A DNA stretch of 64,000 nucleotides from Candidatus Latescibacterota bacterium. GTDB lineage: Bacteria > Latescibacterota > UBA2968 > UBA8231. The stretch lies in the NCBI GenBank assembly GCA_965208105.1, contig OZ242318.1:512001-576000 (forward strand), in the 5' to 3' direction. The notes below the pieces were generated by a model. The model was not told the origin of the DNA. It ran no database searches and was given only the letters and a program-made list of their open reading frames with translations. The translations under genes were made by a program, and so were the position numbers. Shown here piece after piece: positions 1-8,589 of this stretch (its first letter is position 1; every line of letters starts with the position of its first letter).

Positions 1-406
1 GTTTTCTCGACTATCGTAGGAAAAGAAATAATACCCGGCATGAACCCCTCTCACAGCGTCAGGGGACGTGCAAGGCGGGGGAGACCTTGCCTCGCCAATA
101 TACTCAGGTGGGCGACATATCTGCTACCGAAAACCTGGACTCATCAGCGGGAAATCCTCATTTTGCAAAAGTCCAGTAGTTCATGCAAATTCACCGCTGC
201 TTGCGGTGGAAAGATTACCTCTACTTCTTTGATACCTCTTCATCTTTCCATATATTGGATATTAATAGTTAGTTTTGTGGCCCAAAGCAACGCTGGTCGA
301 AACGGCAAAGGGCAACCGACCAGGGCAGAGCACCATAGGGTCATTTCCAAGCTGATGTGGCCCTGTCTCTCCTAGTTCTATATCCCAGGAAAGGAGTGAG
401 TTTAAA

Positions 407-1552
407 TTGGAGCGGTCGCACTACGCCGAAGAAAAACCCGGGAGAAGACGACCCGCGCGTTTGGCTTCCCCGCAAGCAAAACAGGGAAAAAACAGGGAGG
501 AAGGGACGCTCTATCGCGACCTCTTTGAAGAATCCCACGAGGCCCTCATCATCACCGAGCGAGACGGGAAAATCGTCGATGCCAATAACGCTGCCAGCGC
601 TCTGTTTGGCTACGCACGCGCCGAGCTGGTGGGCATGAATATCCGCTTCGTCTACTTGAACGCGGAAGACCGAGAGCGCTTTCAGGAAAAGGTCGAGAAG
701 CAGGGATTTGTGCGCGATTTTGAACTGGCTTTTCACACCAGCAATGGACGTCGACTCGACTGCTTGGTGACGACCACCGTGCGGCGAGCTACAGACGGTA
801 CCGTAGCAGGCTATCAGGGCATCATCTTCGACATTTCCGAGCGCAAGCGCATGGAAAAAAAACTGCACAAGTATCAGCGAAAGCTCCAGTCGTTAACGGT
901 AGAACTTTCCAGAAACGCAGAGCATGAACGGCGGTGTCTTGCCGATAACCTCCACGATGGCCTCGGGCAGGACTTGGTGCTGGCGCAGTTAAAGCTCGAA
1001 ACCCTGCGGCATGCCAACGATAGTGATCACAAGGCTCTGATCGCCGATCTGCAGGCTGTGCTCGACCGGATGAGTCTCTACCTCCGCTCCGTGACCTTTG
1101 ATCTCACCCCCCCCATGCTCCACGACCTAGGGCTCATACCGGCCCTGGAGTGGCTCAGTGAACATATCGAGCAGGACTACGGATTGAAGGTGGAACTAAA
1201 AACCAATGGCGACTGCGAAGTCCCTGATCAAAATACACGTGACCTGACGTTCAGATGCATTCGCGAGTTGTTACACAATGCCGCACGGCACGCCAATACG
1301 GATCTGGCCACAGTGTCGTTGTGTCCTGGCTCGACGCATTTGCAGGTGCTGGTAGAGGACACCGGACAGGGCTTTGACCTTGTGCAGTTGGACCCTGAGA
1401 AGGATAATTCTCATTTCGGCCTGTTCAGCATTCGCGAGCACCTGACCTATATCGGTGGCCATTTCGCCATCGAGTCGAGCTTGGGACAAGGCACGAGTTG
1501 TCTGCTGACAATTCCGTTTTCCCTCTCCGGCCAAGAGGATAATTCCCAATGA
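407..1552 (+). CDS. PAS-domain sensor histidine kinase (NarX/UhpB-type, HisKA_3)
   Basis: PAS/PAC segment (IVDANNAASALFGYARAELVG...DISERKRME), H-box ERRCLADNLHDGLGQ, N-box ELLHNAARHA, G-boxes EDTGQGF and ESSLGQGT; no TM helices; stop overlaps next ATG; TTG start uncertain. Confidence 0.92.
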   Translation: MERSHYAEEKPGRRRPARLASPQAKQGKNREEGTLYRDLFEESHEALIITERDGKIVDANNAASALFGYARAELVGMNIRFVYLNAEDRERFQEKVEKQGFVRDFELAFHTSNGRRLDCLVTTTVRRATDGTVAGYQGIIFDISERKRMEKKLHKYQRKLQSLTVELSRNAEHERRCLADNLHDGLGQDLVLAQLKLETLRHANDSDHKALIADLQAVLDRMSLYLRSVTFDLTPPMLHDLGLIPALEWLSEHIEQDYGLKVELKTNGDCEVPDQNTRDLTFRCIRELLHNAARHANTDLATVSLCPGSTHLQVLVEDTGQGFDLVQLDPEKDNSHFGLFSIREHLTYIGGHFAIESSLGQGTSCLLTIPFSLSGQEDNSQ

Positions 1553-2196
1553 CTTCGCGTGTTCTTCTGGTGGACGATCACCAGATAGTGCGTCAGGGGC
1601 TGCGCTTGCTGCTCGAAAGAGAAAGCGATATCGAGATGGTCACCGAGGCCGGAGACGGCCAGACGGCCATCAACTTGGTCCTGGCCTCTCCACCTGACCT
1701 TGTGGTCATGGATATCGGCATGCCCGGCTTGAACGGCGTCGAGGCCACGCGCCAGATTCGAGCCAAGAACCCCCAGGTGCAAGTAATAGCCCTGTCGATA
1801 CACGCCGACAAGCGCTTTGTGGCCGCCATGCTGCAGGCGGGGGCCTCGGGCTTTTTGCTAAAAACGGAGGCCGCCCGCGATCTGGTGGAAGCGATCCGGA
1901 CGGTAATGGCCGGCCACAAGTACCTGAGCCCGCGATTGATTGATCCCCTCGTTGACGATTACGTGGAGCACCTCGTCGACCAAGGCGACCCATCCCTCCT
2001 GACCGCACGCGAGCGCGAGGTGTTGCAGCTCATCGCCGAAGGAAAGACAACGGCGCAAATAGCCAATCAACTCATGGTAAGCGAGAAAACCGCCGCCACT
2101 CATCGCCAGCATATCATGGAAAAGCTCAACCTGCATAATGTGGCCGAGTTGACCAAATACGCGATCAAAGAAGGGCTCACTGGACTGGATGAGTGA
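1549..2196 (+). CDS. NarL/FixJ-family response regulator (REC + LuxR HTH)
   Basis: VLLVDDH, MDIGMPGLNG, LTAREREVLQLIAEGKTTAQIA..., HIMEKLNLHNVAELTKYA. Confidence 0.96.
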   Translation: MTSRVLLVDDHQIVRQGLRLLLERESDIEMVTEAGDGQTAINLVLASPPDLVVMDIGMPGLNGVEATRQIRAKNPQVQVIALSIHADKRFVAAMLQAGASGFLLKTEAARDLVEAIRTVMAGHKYLSPRLIDPLVDDYVEHLVDQGDPSLLTAREREVLQLIAEGKTTAQIANQLMVSEKTAATHRQHIMEKLNLHNVAELTKYAIKEGLTGLDE

Positions 2197-2407
2197 TCCT
2201 TTGGGCTGGGTGGCCGCTTCGCTTCGTCCAACCAGGTGTCCTTGAACTATTACCTCCTCGACCTCGCCGGCAAGATACGGTAAATCCGTCGGCGCAAAAG
2301 ACGGTCCTTGCTCTTGGAAGGATGGGCAGGTGTGATCGCGCAATTGAAAACATGCCCCATTGGCTTCCTGCTCTTAGCTATTGACGCTCTTTGAGGAGGC
2401 CTGAGAA

Positions 2408-3751
2408 ATGTTCAAAAATGCACACTGGCTATGGAGGATCGGAGCACTTTGTATCTCCAGCGTCCAGGCTGAAGAGGCTGCCAAGCTCGACTTGGACTAC
2501 TGCCTTGAAGCGGCCATGGAGCACAACCGCGAGTTGATTCAGGCGCGCGGAAAAATCCGCCAAGAAGAGAGCAATGGAGTCATGGTCCACTCCCGCTTCA
2601 TGCCCAGTCTGGACCTGAGATCCAACTACAATGCCAGCCGCACGGAAGCGCAGGGAAAGACCGAAGATCATGTCGCCAGCCATCTGCGTTTTTCCCAACG
2701 CCTCTTCGAATTTGGCCCCGAATTAGCCCATGACGTGCAGCAGCGCGAGAACCTGCGCAAAGCTATCTATGCCTACCAAGACCAGGTCTACCGGGTGCTT
2801 TCCCAGGTGTGGCAAACCTTTCATTTAATCCTGCTGCAGGAGCGTCAGATCGCCACTCGCCACCGGTCTCGCCAGGACTTTCAAGAGGATTACGAGCGCA
2901 AGCAAGCCCGTTTCGAGCGCCGCCTCGCCGGCGAAGAAGAGGTGCTCAGCGCCTATCTCAACGTCCTCAACGAGGAGTTGGCCATCAACAATCTGGAGCG
3001 CGAGCAGTTCAACGACGAGATGACCCTGCTGCGCCTCATCGGCCAGCCCATCGGCCTCCACCTGCGGCTTTCGAGCGCGCATGTGAATTTCACCCTGGAG
3101 CCGGAGCAGGCCGTGAAGCTAGCTCTCGAAAACAGCGTGCCAATCGCTTTGGCCGCTTGGCGCCTTGAGGAGCAGCAGCGCATTCTGCGCGAGATCGACT
3201 GGGAGTACAGCCCGGATCTGTCCTTTGGCACCGGCGTGGAGGACGGTCGGCGCAATGCCAAGGTGAGCCTCGACAGAGACGGCGGGACCTGGGGAATGGA
3301 TCTGTCTTCGGAACTCCAACTCCGCGAGGAGCAGCCGGAGGACCCGGCATTCAGCGACGAGACCCGCTGGTTCGCACAAGTCGAGGCGCGCATCCCCATC
3401 TTTGAAGGAGGCTTGCGTCTGGGTCTGGAGCGCCGTGAGAAAGCGCGCTTGCACCAGATCGAAGTCGAGTTGGGCGACCTACGCGCCAGCGCCGAGCTGC
3501 AGGTGCGCCAGGCCTACCAGTCCATGCTCGAGGCCGAGGGCCGCCAGCGCATCCAACAGGAACGAGTGCGCATTGCCCGCCGCCGCCTGGAGATCAACCA
3601 GATTCTCATGGACAAAGGCCAAGCCGACGAGAGCAAACTGGAGCAGCTCCGCAGCCAGTTCTTCCAGGCTCAGGACGTGCTTTTTCAGAACCAGGTAACT
3701 TACATCATCCAGCAGGCCACCTTGCGCCGCTTCATGGGATATTTTAAGTGA
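2408..3751 (+). CDS. TolC-family outer-membrane efflux protein
   Basis: Signal peptide, LDYCLEAAMEHNREL start, two-repeat OEP pattern, IPIFEGG, LQVRQAY; RBS GAGGAGG. Confidence 0.85.
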   Translation: MFKNAHWLWRIGALCISSVQAEEAAKLDLDYCLEAAMEHNRELIQARGKIRQEESNGVMVHSRFMPSLDLRSNYNASRTEAQGKTEDHVASHLRFSQRLFEFGPELAHDVQQRENLRKAIYAYQDQVYRVLSQVWQTFHLILLQERQIATRHRSRQDFQEDYERKQARFERRLAGEEEVLSAYLNVLNEELAINNLEREQFNDEMTLLRLIGQPIGLHLRLSSAHVNFTLEPEQAVKLALENSVPIALAAWRLEEQQRILREIDWEYSPDLSFGTGVEDGRRNAKVSLDRDGGTWGMDLSSELQLREEQPEDPAFSDETRWFAQVEARIPIFEGGLRLGLERREKARLHQIEVELGDLRASAELQVRQAYQSMLEAEGRQRIQQERVRIARRRLEINQILMDKGQADESKLEQLRSQFFQAQDVLFQNQVTYIIQQATLRRFMGYFK

Positions 3752-5262
3752 AATCCTGGTTCCTCTTTATTTTTTCCGGCCTTACCGTCTTCGCTCCGGC
3801 CCATGCCGCTGAACAGGGCCTGACAAAAGAGCAGCAACTCAGCAAGCTCCGTCTCCAGGAGCGTCTCCTATCGCTCGAGGAGCGCCGAACCCGCCTCCAG
3901 ACTCACAGAGAGGAACTGGACGCCACCCGCGAACTCTTCGACCAAGGCTTCATCGCTCCGCAGAAATTCAAGCAGACCCAAAACCATTACGAACGGGCGC
4001 GCTTGGACCACGAGCGGGCCGAGATCCTGCTCGAAGAGGCCAAACTAGACTTGCTGAAGACGGCCACCCACATCATTGTGGCCGAGGCGCGCAAGTACAA
4101 AACCGAAGACGGCAAGATCATGGTGGACATTACTCTGGAGAACGCCTCGGATATCCGCGATGCTCTGTTAGTAGACGCAGCCCTTACCGAGGAGGAGGTG
4201 CGCATTCTGCTCAAGGTAGAGAATATCTTCGTCTCCCTGCGTAACGGCCCCATCGTCGGCGAGCCCTACGAGATCCGCGTTCCCGCCCTCGCCGTGGGCG
4301 AGCGCCGCCAACTCACCTACCGCCTCCTCAGTGATAAAAACGCCGTCATCGTCGGCCTCAGCTACTTGGACATCAAGGACGAAAAGCCCGTCATCCTCAA
4401 AAAGGGAAGCCAGCAGGAACTGCCCAGCATCAACTCGGCCCAGTTCTCGCAGGAAGGCGAATTGAACCAGAAGGTCCACTTTGGGCTCACCCTGCAGCGC
4501 CTGGCCGAGGAGGAGCGCAATTTTGCCTTGGCCGTGGTAGGCTTGCCGCAGCGCATCAACTACGCCTTTGTCAATCGGGGTGCCAAAGTGAACCAGGTCA
4601 AATTCGACGAAAACATTTCGGAGGTCGACCTGGCCCTGGAACTGGAAATTCCCGAGAAGCTGAACGGCCGCTTCATCGGGATCACCCGGACTTTCTTCGC
4701 TCTCGTCATTCAGCCTGGAGAGTACGCCCGCATCAACGCCCTCAAGGCCCGTTACGGCGATGCTCCCCTGCCCGAAAAGGAGGTCAAAGAACTCAAGGCC
4801 AACTACGTCAAGCTGGAGTTGGTTCCCGTGGGCATCGGCAAGCTCGAAGTTCTGATCTCCAACCGCTACCAGGAAATCCAGGCAGGAGAAGGCCTGCAGA
4901 TCCAGGTCGAGTTTCTCAACCGCGGCACCGCGGCTGTACAGAACATCAAGGCCGAACTCGACCTGCCCTACGAGTGGGACAGCAGGGTGGAGCCCGCGCT
5001 CGTCAAGCTGCTCCAGCCAGGCGAAAGCACTCCGGTGCAGATCTGGGCGCGGCCTCCAGAGCACATCGCCGTGGGCGACTACGAAGTGGGATTGGAGGCT
5101 CAGGGCCAGGTGGGCACCGAGAATATCGAGTCTTTGGAGAAGAACATTACCATCCGCATCAGCGCCCGCTCGAATATTACCGGCAATGCCATCCTCATCG
5201 GCGTCCTCGTCCTGCTGGTTCTGGGCATTGGCGTGGCCAGTATAAAAATCAGCCGCAAATAG
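3748..5262 (+). CDS. Periplasmic coiled-coil + Ig-like/NEW3-domain protein with C-terminal membrane anchor (paralog 1)
   Basis: Signal peptide (APAHA), coiled coil with ELFDQGFIA turn, NEW3-like segment (VEFLNRGT...LPYEW...LQPGE...PPEHIAVGDY), C-terminal TM followed by SRK; GTG overlaps TolC stop. Confidence 0.75.
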   Translation: MKSWFLFIFSGLTVFAPAHAAEQGLTKEQQLSKLRLQERLLSLEERRTRLQTHREELDATRELFDQGFIAPQKFKQTQNHYERARLDHERAEILLEEAKLDLLKTATHIIVAEARKYKTEDGKIMVDITLENASDIRDALLVDAALTEEEVRILLKVENIFVSLRNGPIVGEPYEIRVPALAVGERRQLTYRLLSDKNAVIVGLSYLDIKDEKPVILKKGSQQELPSINSAQFSQEGELNQKVHFGLTLQRLAEEERNFALAVVGLPQRINYAFVNRGAKVNQVKFDENISEVDLALELEIPEKLNGRFIGITRTFFALVIQPGEYARINALKARYGDAPLPEKEVKELKANYVKLELVPVGIGKLEVLISNRYQEIQAGEGLQIQVEFLNRGTAAVQNIKAELDLPYEWDSRVEPALVKLLQPGESTPVQIWARPPEHIAVGDYEVGLEAQGQVGTENIESLEKNITIRISARSNITGNAILIGVLVLLVLGIGVASIKISRK

Positions 5263-5264
5263 AT

Positions 5265-6797
5265 ATGGCTTTCTTCTACCTTGCCATTGCCGCCGCTCTC
5301 CTGCTCTTCACTCCGCCGGCTACGGCCGCCAAGGATCTACGCACCAAGGAGCAGCGCCTTTACGATATTCAGCTACGCAACGCCCAGTGGCAGATAGACA
5401 AGGCGCGGCTCGACATGGAAATCAAGCGGAGCGATTACGATGAGATCCAGGAACTCTTCGACCAGAAGATCAGTACCCTGGAGGCACTCAACGAGGCGCG
5501 ACGCCACTACCAGCAAGCCAAGCTCAAATACGATCAGGCCGTGATCAACCTCGAGTCGAGACGCCTCTCCTTTCTCAGGGACGCCACCCACATCTCGATT
5601 GTCGAGGCCAAGAAGTACCGCACCCCTGAGGGTTACCGCCAGGTGGAGATCACCTTGGAGAATGCCTCTAACCTCAACCAGGCCGCCTCGCTCAATCCCG
5701 ACAAGAGCCTGGACGAGGTGAAGGCTCTGCTCGAAATCCAGAATGTCCGGATATCCGTGCGCCAGAACAATGACCTGATCATCGGCGACCCCTACGAGAT
5801 TCTCGTACCCTCCTTCAGACTAGGCGAGCGCAAAAACCTGGTCTTTCGTTTGCTCAATGACTTGGACGATGTGAATATATCTTTGATCCTGCGCGACAAC
5901 CAGCGGGAAGACTTCAGGATTGTGCTGCGTAAGGAGTCTCCCCAGGATATCCCCACCATTAATTCCGTGCAGTTTTCCCAAGAGGGCAACCTCAACTCCC
6001 GGGTCCACTACGACCTCATCTTGGAGCGTCTGGCCGAAGACGAGAAGACCTTTCACTTGAACGTCATCAACCTACCGCGCGAGATCGACTTCGCCTTTCT
6101 CGACAAGGCCACCAACGCCAGCCTCACCCAGGTGAAGTTCAGCGAAGAGGTCACCCGTCAGCAACTCGAACTCGAGATCCAGATCCCCGAAAAACTCAGC
6201 CGGCACTACGTTGACCAGACTATCGAGTTCTACGTCTTTGCCACCGACCAGGAAGGCTTCCAGCAGGTCAGCCAGTTGAACCGCAAGTACGGCGTCAAAC
6301 GCATGGAATTGGAGGACATCAACTCCATCAAGGGGAACAAGGAGCGCTTTGAATTGATTCCCCGGGGACAAGGCGCCCTGGAGACGATCATCGCCAACCG
6401 CTACCAGGAGATCAGGGTGGGCGAAGAGGTCACCGTGCGACTCGACCTGCTCAATACGGGGACCCTTGAGGTCGAGGCGGCGCACTTGATTTTGACCCCC
6501 CCGTTGGGGTGGAGCCGTGAGGTCGCGCCCGATACCATCGCCCGCATCATCCCCGGCGAGAAAGAGCCCGTCAATATCATTCTCTCCCCCCCAGCCGAAA
6601 TAGATGTAGGCGAGTACGGCGTCCGGGTGGAGGCGGCTGGCTACGTGGGCAGCGAGAAGGTCGAGGCCGAGGAAAAGGACATCACCATCCGGGTCGAGGC
6701 GCGCGCGCGTATCGTGCGCAATGCCCTCATCGTCGTCGCGGTAATCGCCTTGGTGGTGAGCGTGGCTGTCTGGAGCATCAAGGTCAGCCGCCGATAA
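5265..6797 (+). CDS. Periplasmic coiled-coil + Ig-like/NEW3-domain protein with C-terminal membrane anchor (paralog 2)
   Basis: Real start MAFFYLAIAA at 5265 inside the 4974 ORF; collinear with paralog 1 (ATHISIVEAKKY, INSVQFSQEG, NRYQEI, EKDITIR, TM + SRR). Confidence 0.78.
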   Translation: MAFFYLAIAAALLLFTPPATAAKDLRTKEQRLYDIQLRNAQWQIDKARLDMEIKRSDYDEIQELFDQKISTLEALNEARRHYQQAKLKYDQAVINLESRRLSFLRDATHISIVEAKKYRTPEGYRQVEITLENASNLNQAASLNPDKSLDEVKALLEIQNVRISVRQNNDLIIGDPYEILVPSFRLGERKNLVFRLLNDLDDVNISLILRDNQREDFRIVLRKESPQDIPTINSVQFSQEGNLNSRVHYDLILERLAEDEKTFHLNVINLPREIDFAFLDKATNASLTQVKFSEEVTRQQLELEIQIPEKLSRHYVDQTIEFYVFATDQEGFQQVSQLNRKYGVKRMELEDINSIKGNKERFELIPRGQGALETIIANRYQEIRVGEEVTVRLDLLNTGTLEVEAAHLILTPPLGWSREVAPDTIARIIPGEKEPVNIILSPPAEIDVGEYGVRVEAAGYVGSEKVEAEEKDITIRVEARARIVRNALIVVAVIALVVSVAVWSIKVSRR

Positions 6798-6820
6798 AGA
6801 GAAAACCTGCGAAACTCCAA

Positions 6821-6877
6821 GCGGCCGAATTGACCAAGTACGCGATCAAAGAAGGACCCGCTGGACCAGAGAAATAA
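6821..6877 (+). pseudogene. Remnant 3' end of a NarL-type response regulator gene
   Basis: Reads AAELTKYAIKEGPAGPEK*, matching VAELTKYAIKEGLTGLDE* at 2140-2196 in both DNA and protein. Confidence 0.85.
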
Positions 6878-6899
6878 CCCCTGGGTCCGGTGCCTCTCC

Positions 6900-6975
6900 G
6901 CCGCAAAATCAGCTTTTCTGAAGGCAAAAATCAGGTGTTTGCCCGATTGAAAAGCACCGTCTCCGTCTCTAATTT
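6900..6975 (+). promoter_or_regulatory. Repeated promoter/operator box, copy 1 (upstream of ABC ATPase)
   Basis: GCCGCAAAATCAGCTTTTCTGAAGGCAAAAATCAGGTGTTTGCCCGATT with imperfect palindrome AATCAGG-N6-CCCGATT, then -10-like TAATTT at 6970. Confidence 0.75.
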
Positions 6976-7019
6976 AATTTGAACGACTCAACAACTTCTT
7001 ACCCTGAGGGAGGTATATC

Positions 7020-7742
7020 ATGCTTGAAATCATCTCCATGTCCAAGCACTACGGCGAGGTGCAGGCGGTCGACGAGCTCAACCTCACCATCCGCCCCGGT
7101 GAAATCTTTACTATGCTGGGGGCAAATGGCGCCGGCAAGACCACTACTCTTATGGTATCCCTTGGCTTTACCGAGCCGACGGCAGGCACGGTGAAGATCT
7201 GCGGCGTCGACGTGACCAGGGATCCCTTGGAGGCCAAAAAACACGTGGCTTACGTGTCAGAAAACGTCATGCTCTACGGCAATTTCACCGCCCGTCAAAA
7301 CCTGGATTTCTTCGCCAAGTTAGGGGGGCGCAAGGACGCCACCGACGAAGAGTACGAGCGCATCATGGAGCGGGTGGGTCTGCAGGCGGACGCCTTCAAC
7401 CGGAGGGTAAAAGGCTTTTCCAAAGGCATGCGCCAGAAGCTGGGCATCGCCATTGCGATCGTCAAAAACGCCGAGGTCATTTTGCTGGACGAGCCCACTT
7501 CAGGGCTGGATCCCCAGTCAGGGACCGAGTTTTTGCAGCTTTTGACCGAACTCAGGCACGAAGATAAAACCATCTGGATGACCACGCACGATGTCTTCCG
7601 CGCCAAGGCCATCGCCGACCGGGTGGGGATCATGGTGAAGGGCAAGCTGGTAAAGACCTTTACGCGCGAGGAGTTGGAACGCGAGGATCTGGAGAAGATC
7701 TACGTGGAGTATGTCAGCCAGGAGGTGGGACAGGCCGCCTGA
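7020..7742 (+). CDS. ABC transporter ATP-binding protein
   Basis: Walker A GANGAGKT, signature FSKGMRQK, Walker B ILLDEPTSGLD, H-loop TTHD; RBS GGAGG. Confidence 0.95.
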   Translation: MLEIISMSKHYGEVQAVDELNLTIRPGEIFTMLGANGAGKTTTLMVSLGFTEPTAGTVKICGVDVTRDPLEAKKHVAYVSENVMLYGNFTARQNLDFFAKLGGRKDATDEEYERIMERVGLQADAFNRRVKGFSKGMRQKLGIAIAIVKNAEVILLDEPTSGLDPQSGTEFLQLLTELRHEDKTIWMTTHDVFRAKAIADRVGIMVKGKLVKTFTREELEREDLEKIYVEYVSQEVGQAA

Positions 7743-7753
7743 GCACAACTCAG

Positions 7754-7926
7754 AAGTACTTACTTGTGATCGCCAAAAAAGAGATTGTCCACAATATCCT
7801 GAGTTTCAGGTCTGTGGCGATCCATGGGTTGCCAGTGGCAGTTTCGCGATCGAGTCAACGCCGGGGCAAGGCACGCGCTGCCTGCTGGCGGTTCCATTTT
7901 TATATCCAAGCCGGAGGGGACCCTCC
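7754..7926 (+). pseudogene. Deletion scar: ABC permease N-terminal fragment joined to histidine-kinase C-terminal fragment
   Basis: 7754-7813 reads KYLLVIAKKEIVHNILSFRS (permease-like start); from 7837, in another frame, GSFAIESTPGQGTRCLLAVPF parallels GHFAIESSLGQGTSCLLTIPF of the 407-1552 kinase. Confidence 0.75.
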
Positions 7927-8358
7927 ATGAATACGCAGGTGTTATTAGTAGAGGACCACGAGGCCGTGCGCCAGGAGCTGCGCTTGTTGCTTGAGCAACA
8001 AAGCGGAATTGAGGTAGTCGCCGAGGCCGGCGACGGCCGCACGGCCGTCGCCTTGGCCTCCACCTGTCTACCCGACATTGCGGTCATGGACGTTGGCCTG
8101 CCCCACCTGAATGGCATTGAGGCGACGCGACAGATACGCGTCAAGGCGCCGGGCGTGAACGTGGTGGCGCTGTCGGTGCACGCGGACCGGCGTCTTGTAG
8201 ACGGCATGTTTCAAGCAGGGGCTTCGGCGTATGTGTTGAAAACGGCGGCTACCCGCGAGTTGGTGGAAGCGATCCGGCAGGTACAGGCCGGCCGCAAGTT
8301 CGTAAGTCCCGAATTGATCGCCCTCTTCGGCGAGGACTATGGCGCGTCTTCCTTCTGA
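7927..8358 (+). pseudogene. Response regulator truncated to the REC domain (LuxR HTH lost)
   Basis: MNTQVLLVEDH...MDVGLPHLNGIEATRQIR...YVLK is paralogous to 1549-2196; it stops where the paralog begins its HTH, and LLTA is visible in a shifted frame; could still be a functional single-domain receiver. Confidence 0.75.
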
Positions 8359-8416
8359 CGGCGCATTACAGAGAAAGATTCACCGAACTGGTGTTGTGAA
8401 TCTCTCAGACACTCAG

Positions 8417-8493
8417 GCCGCAAAATCAGCTTCTCTGAAGGCAAAAATCGGGTGTTTACCCGATACCGACCAACCTGTCCTGTTGCTTAATTT
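8417..8493 (+). promoter_or_regulatory. Repeated promoter/operator box, copy 2 (upstream of S41/RiPP operon)
   Basis: GCCGCAAAATCAGCTTCTCTGAAGGCAAAAATCGGGTGTTTACCCGAT, then TAATTT at 8488. Confidence 0.75.
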
Positions 8494-8589
8494 ATCCTTA
8501 AGAGTTGCGTCGATTTTTAACAAGTTGGACAAGCAGCACTGGACGCCGAGGTAGTCGACCTACCGCCGCAAGCCTGGAGGAGAGATCGA

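Noticed and set aside
40-375. 111-aa ORF at the window start
   Set aside because: No motif or clear RBS; probably the upstream regulatory region of the kinase
4974-5264. N-terminal extension of the 607-aa ORF
   Set aside because: Overlaps paralog 1; the signal peptide and paralogy start at ATG 5265
7711-7926. 215-aa ORF read as an intact regulator with an N-terminal extension
   Set aside because: The extension is made of gene remnants; the regulator homology starts at 7927
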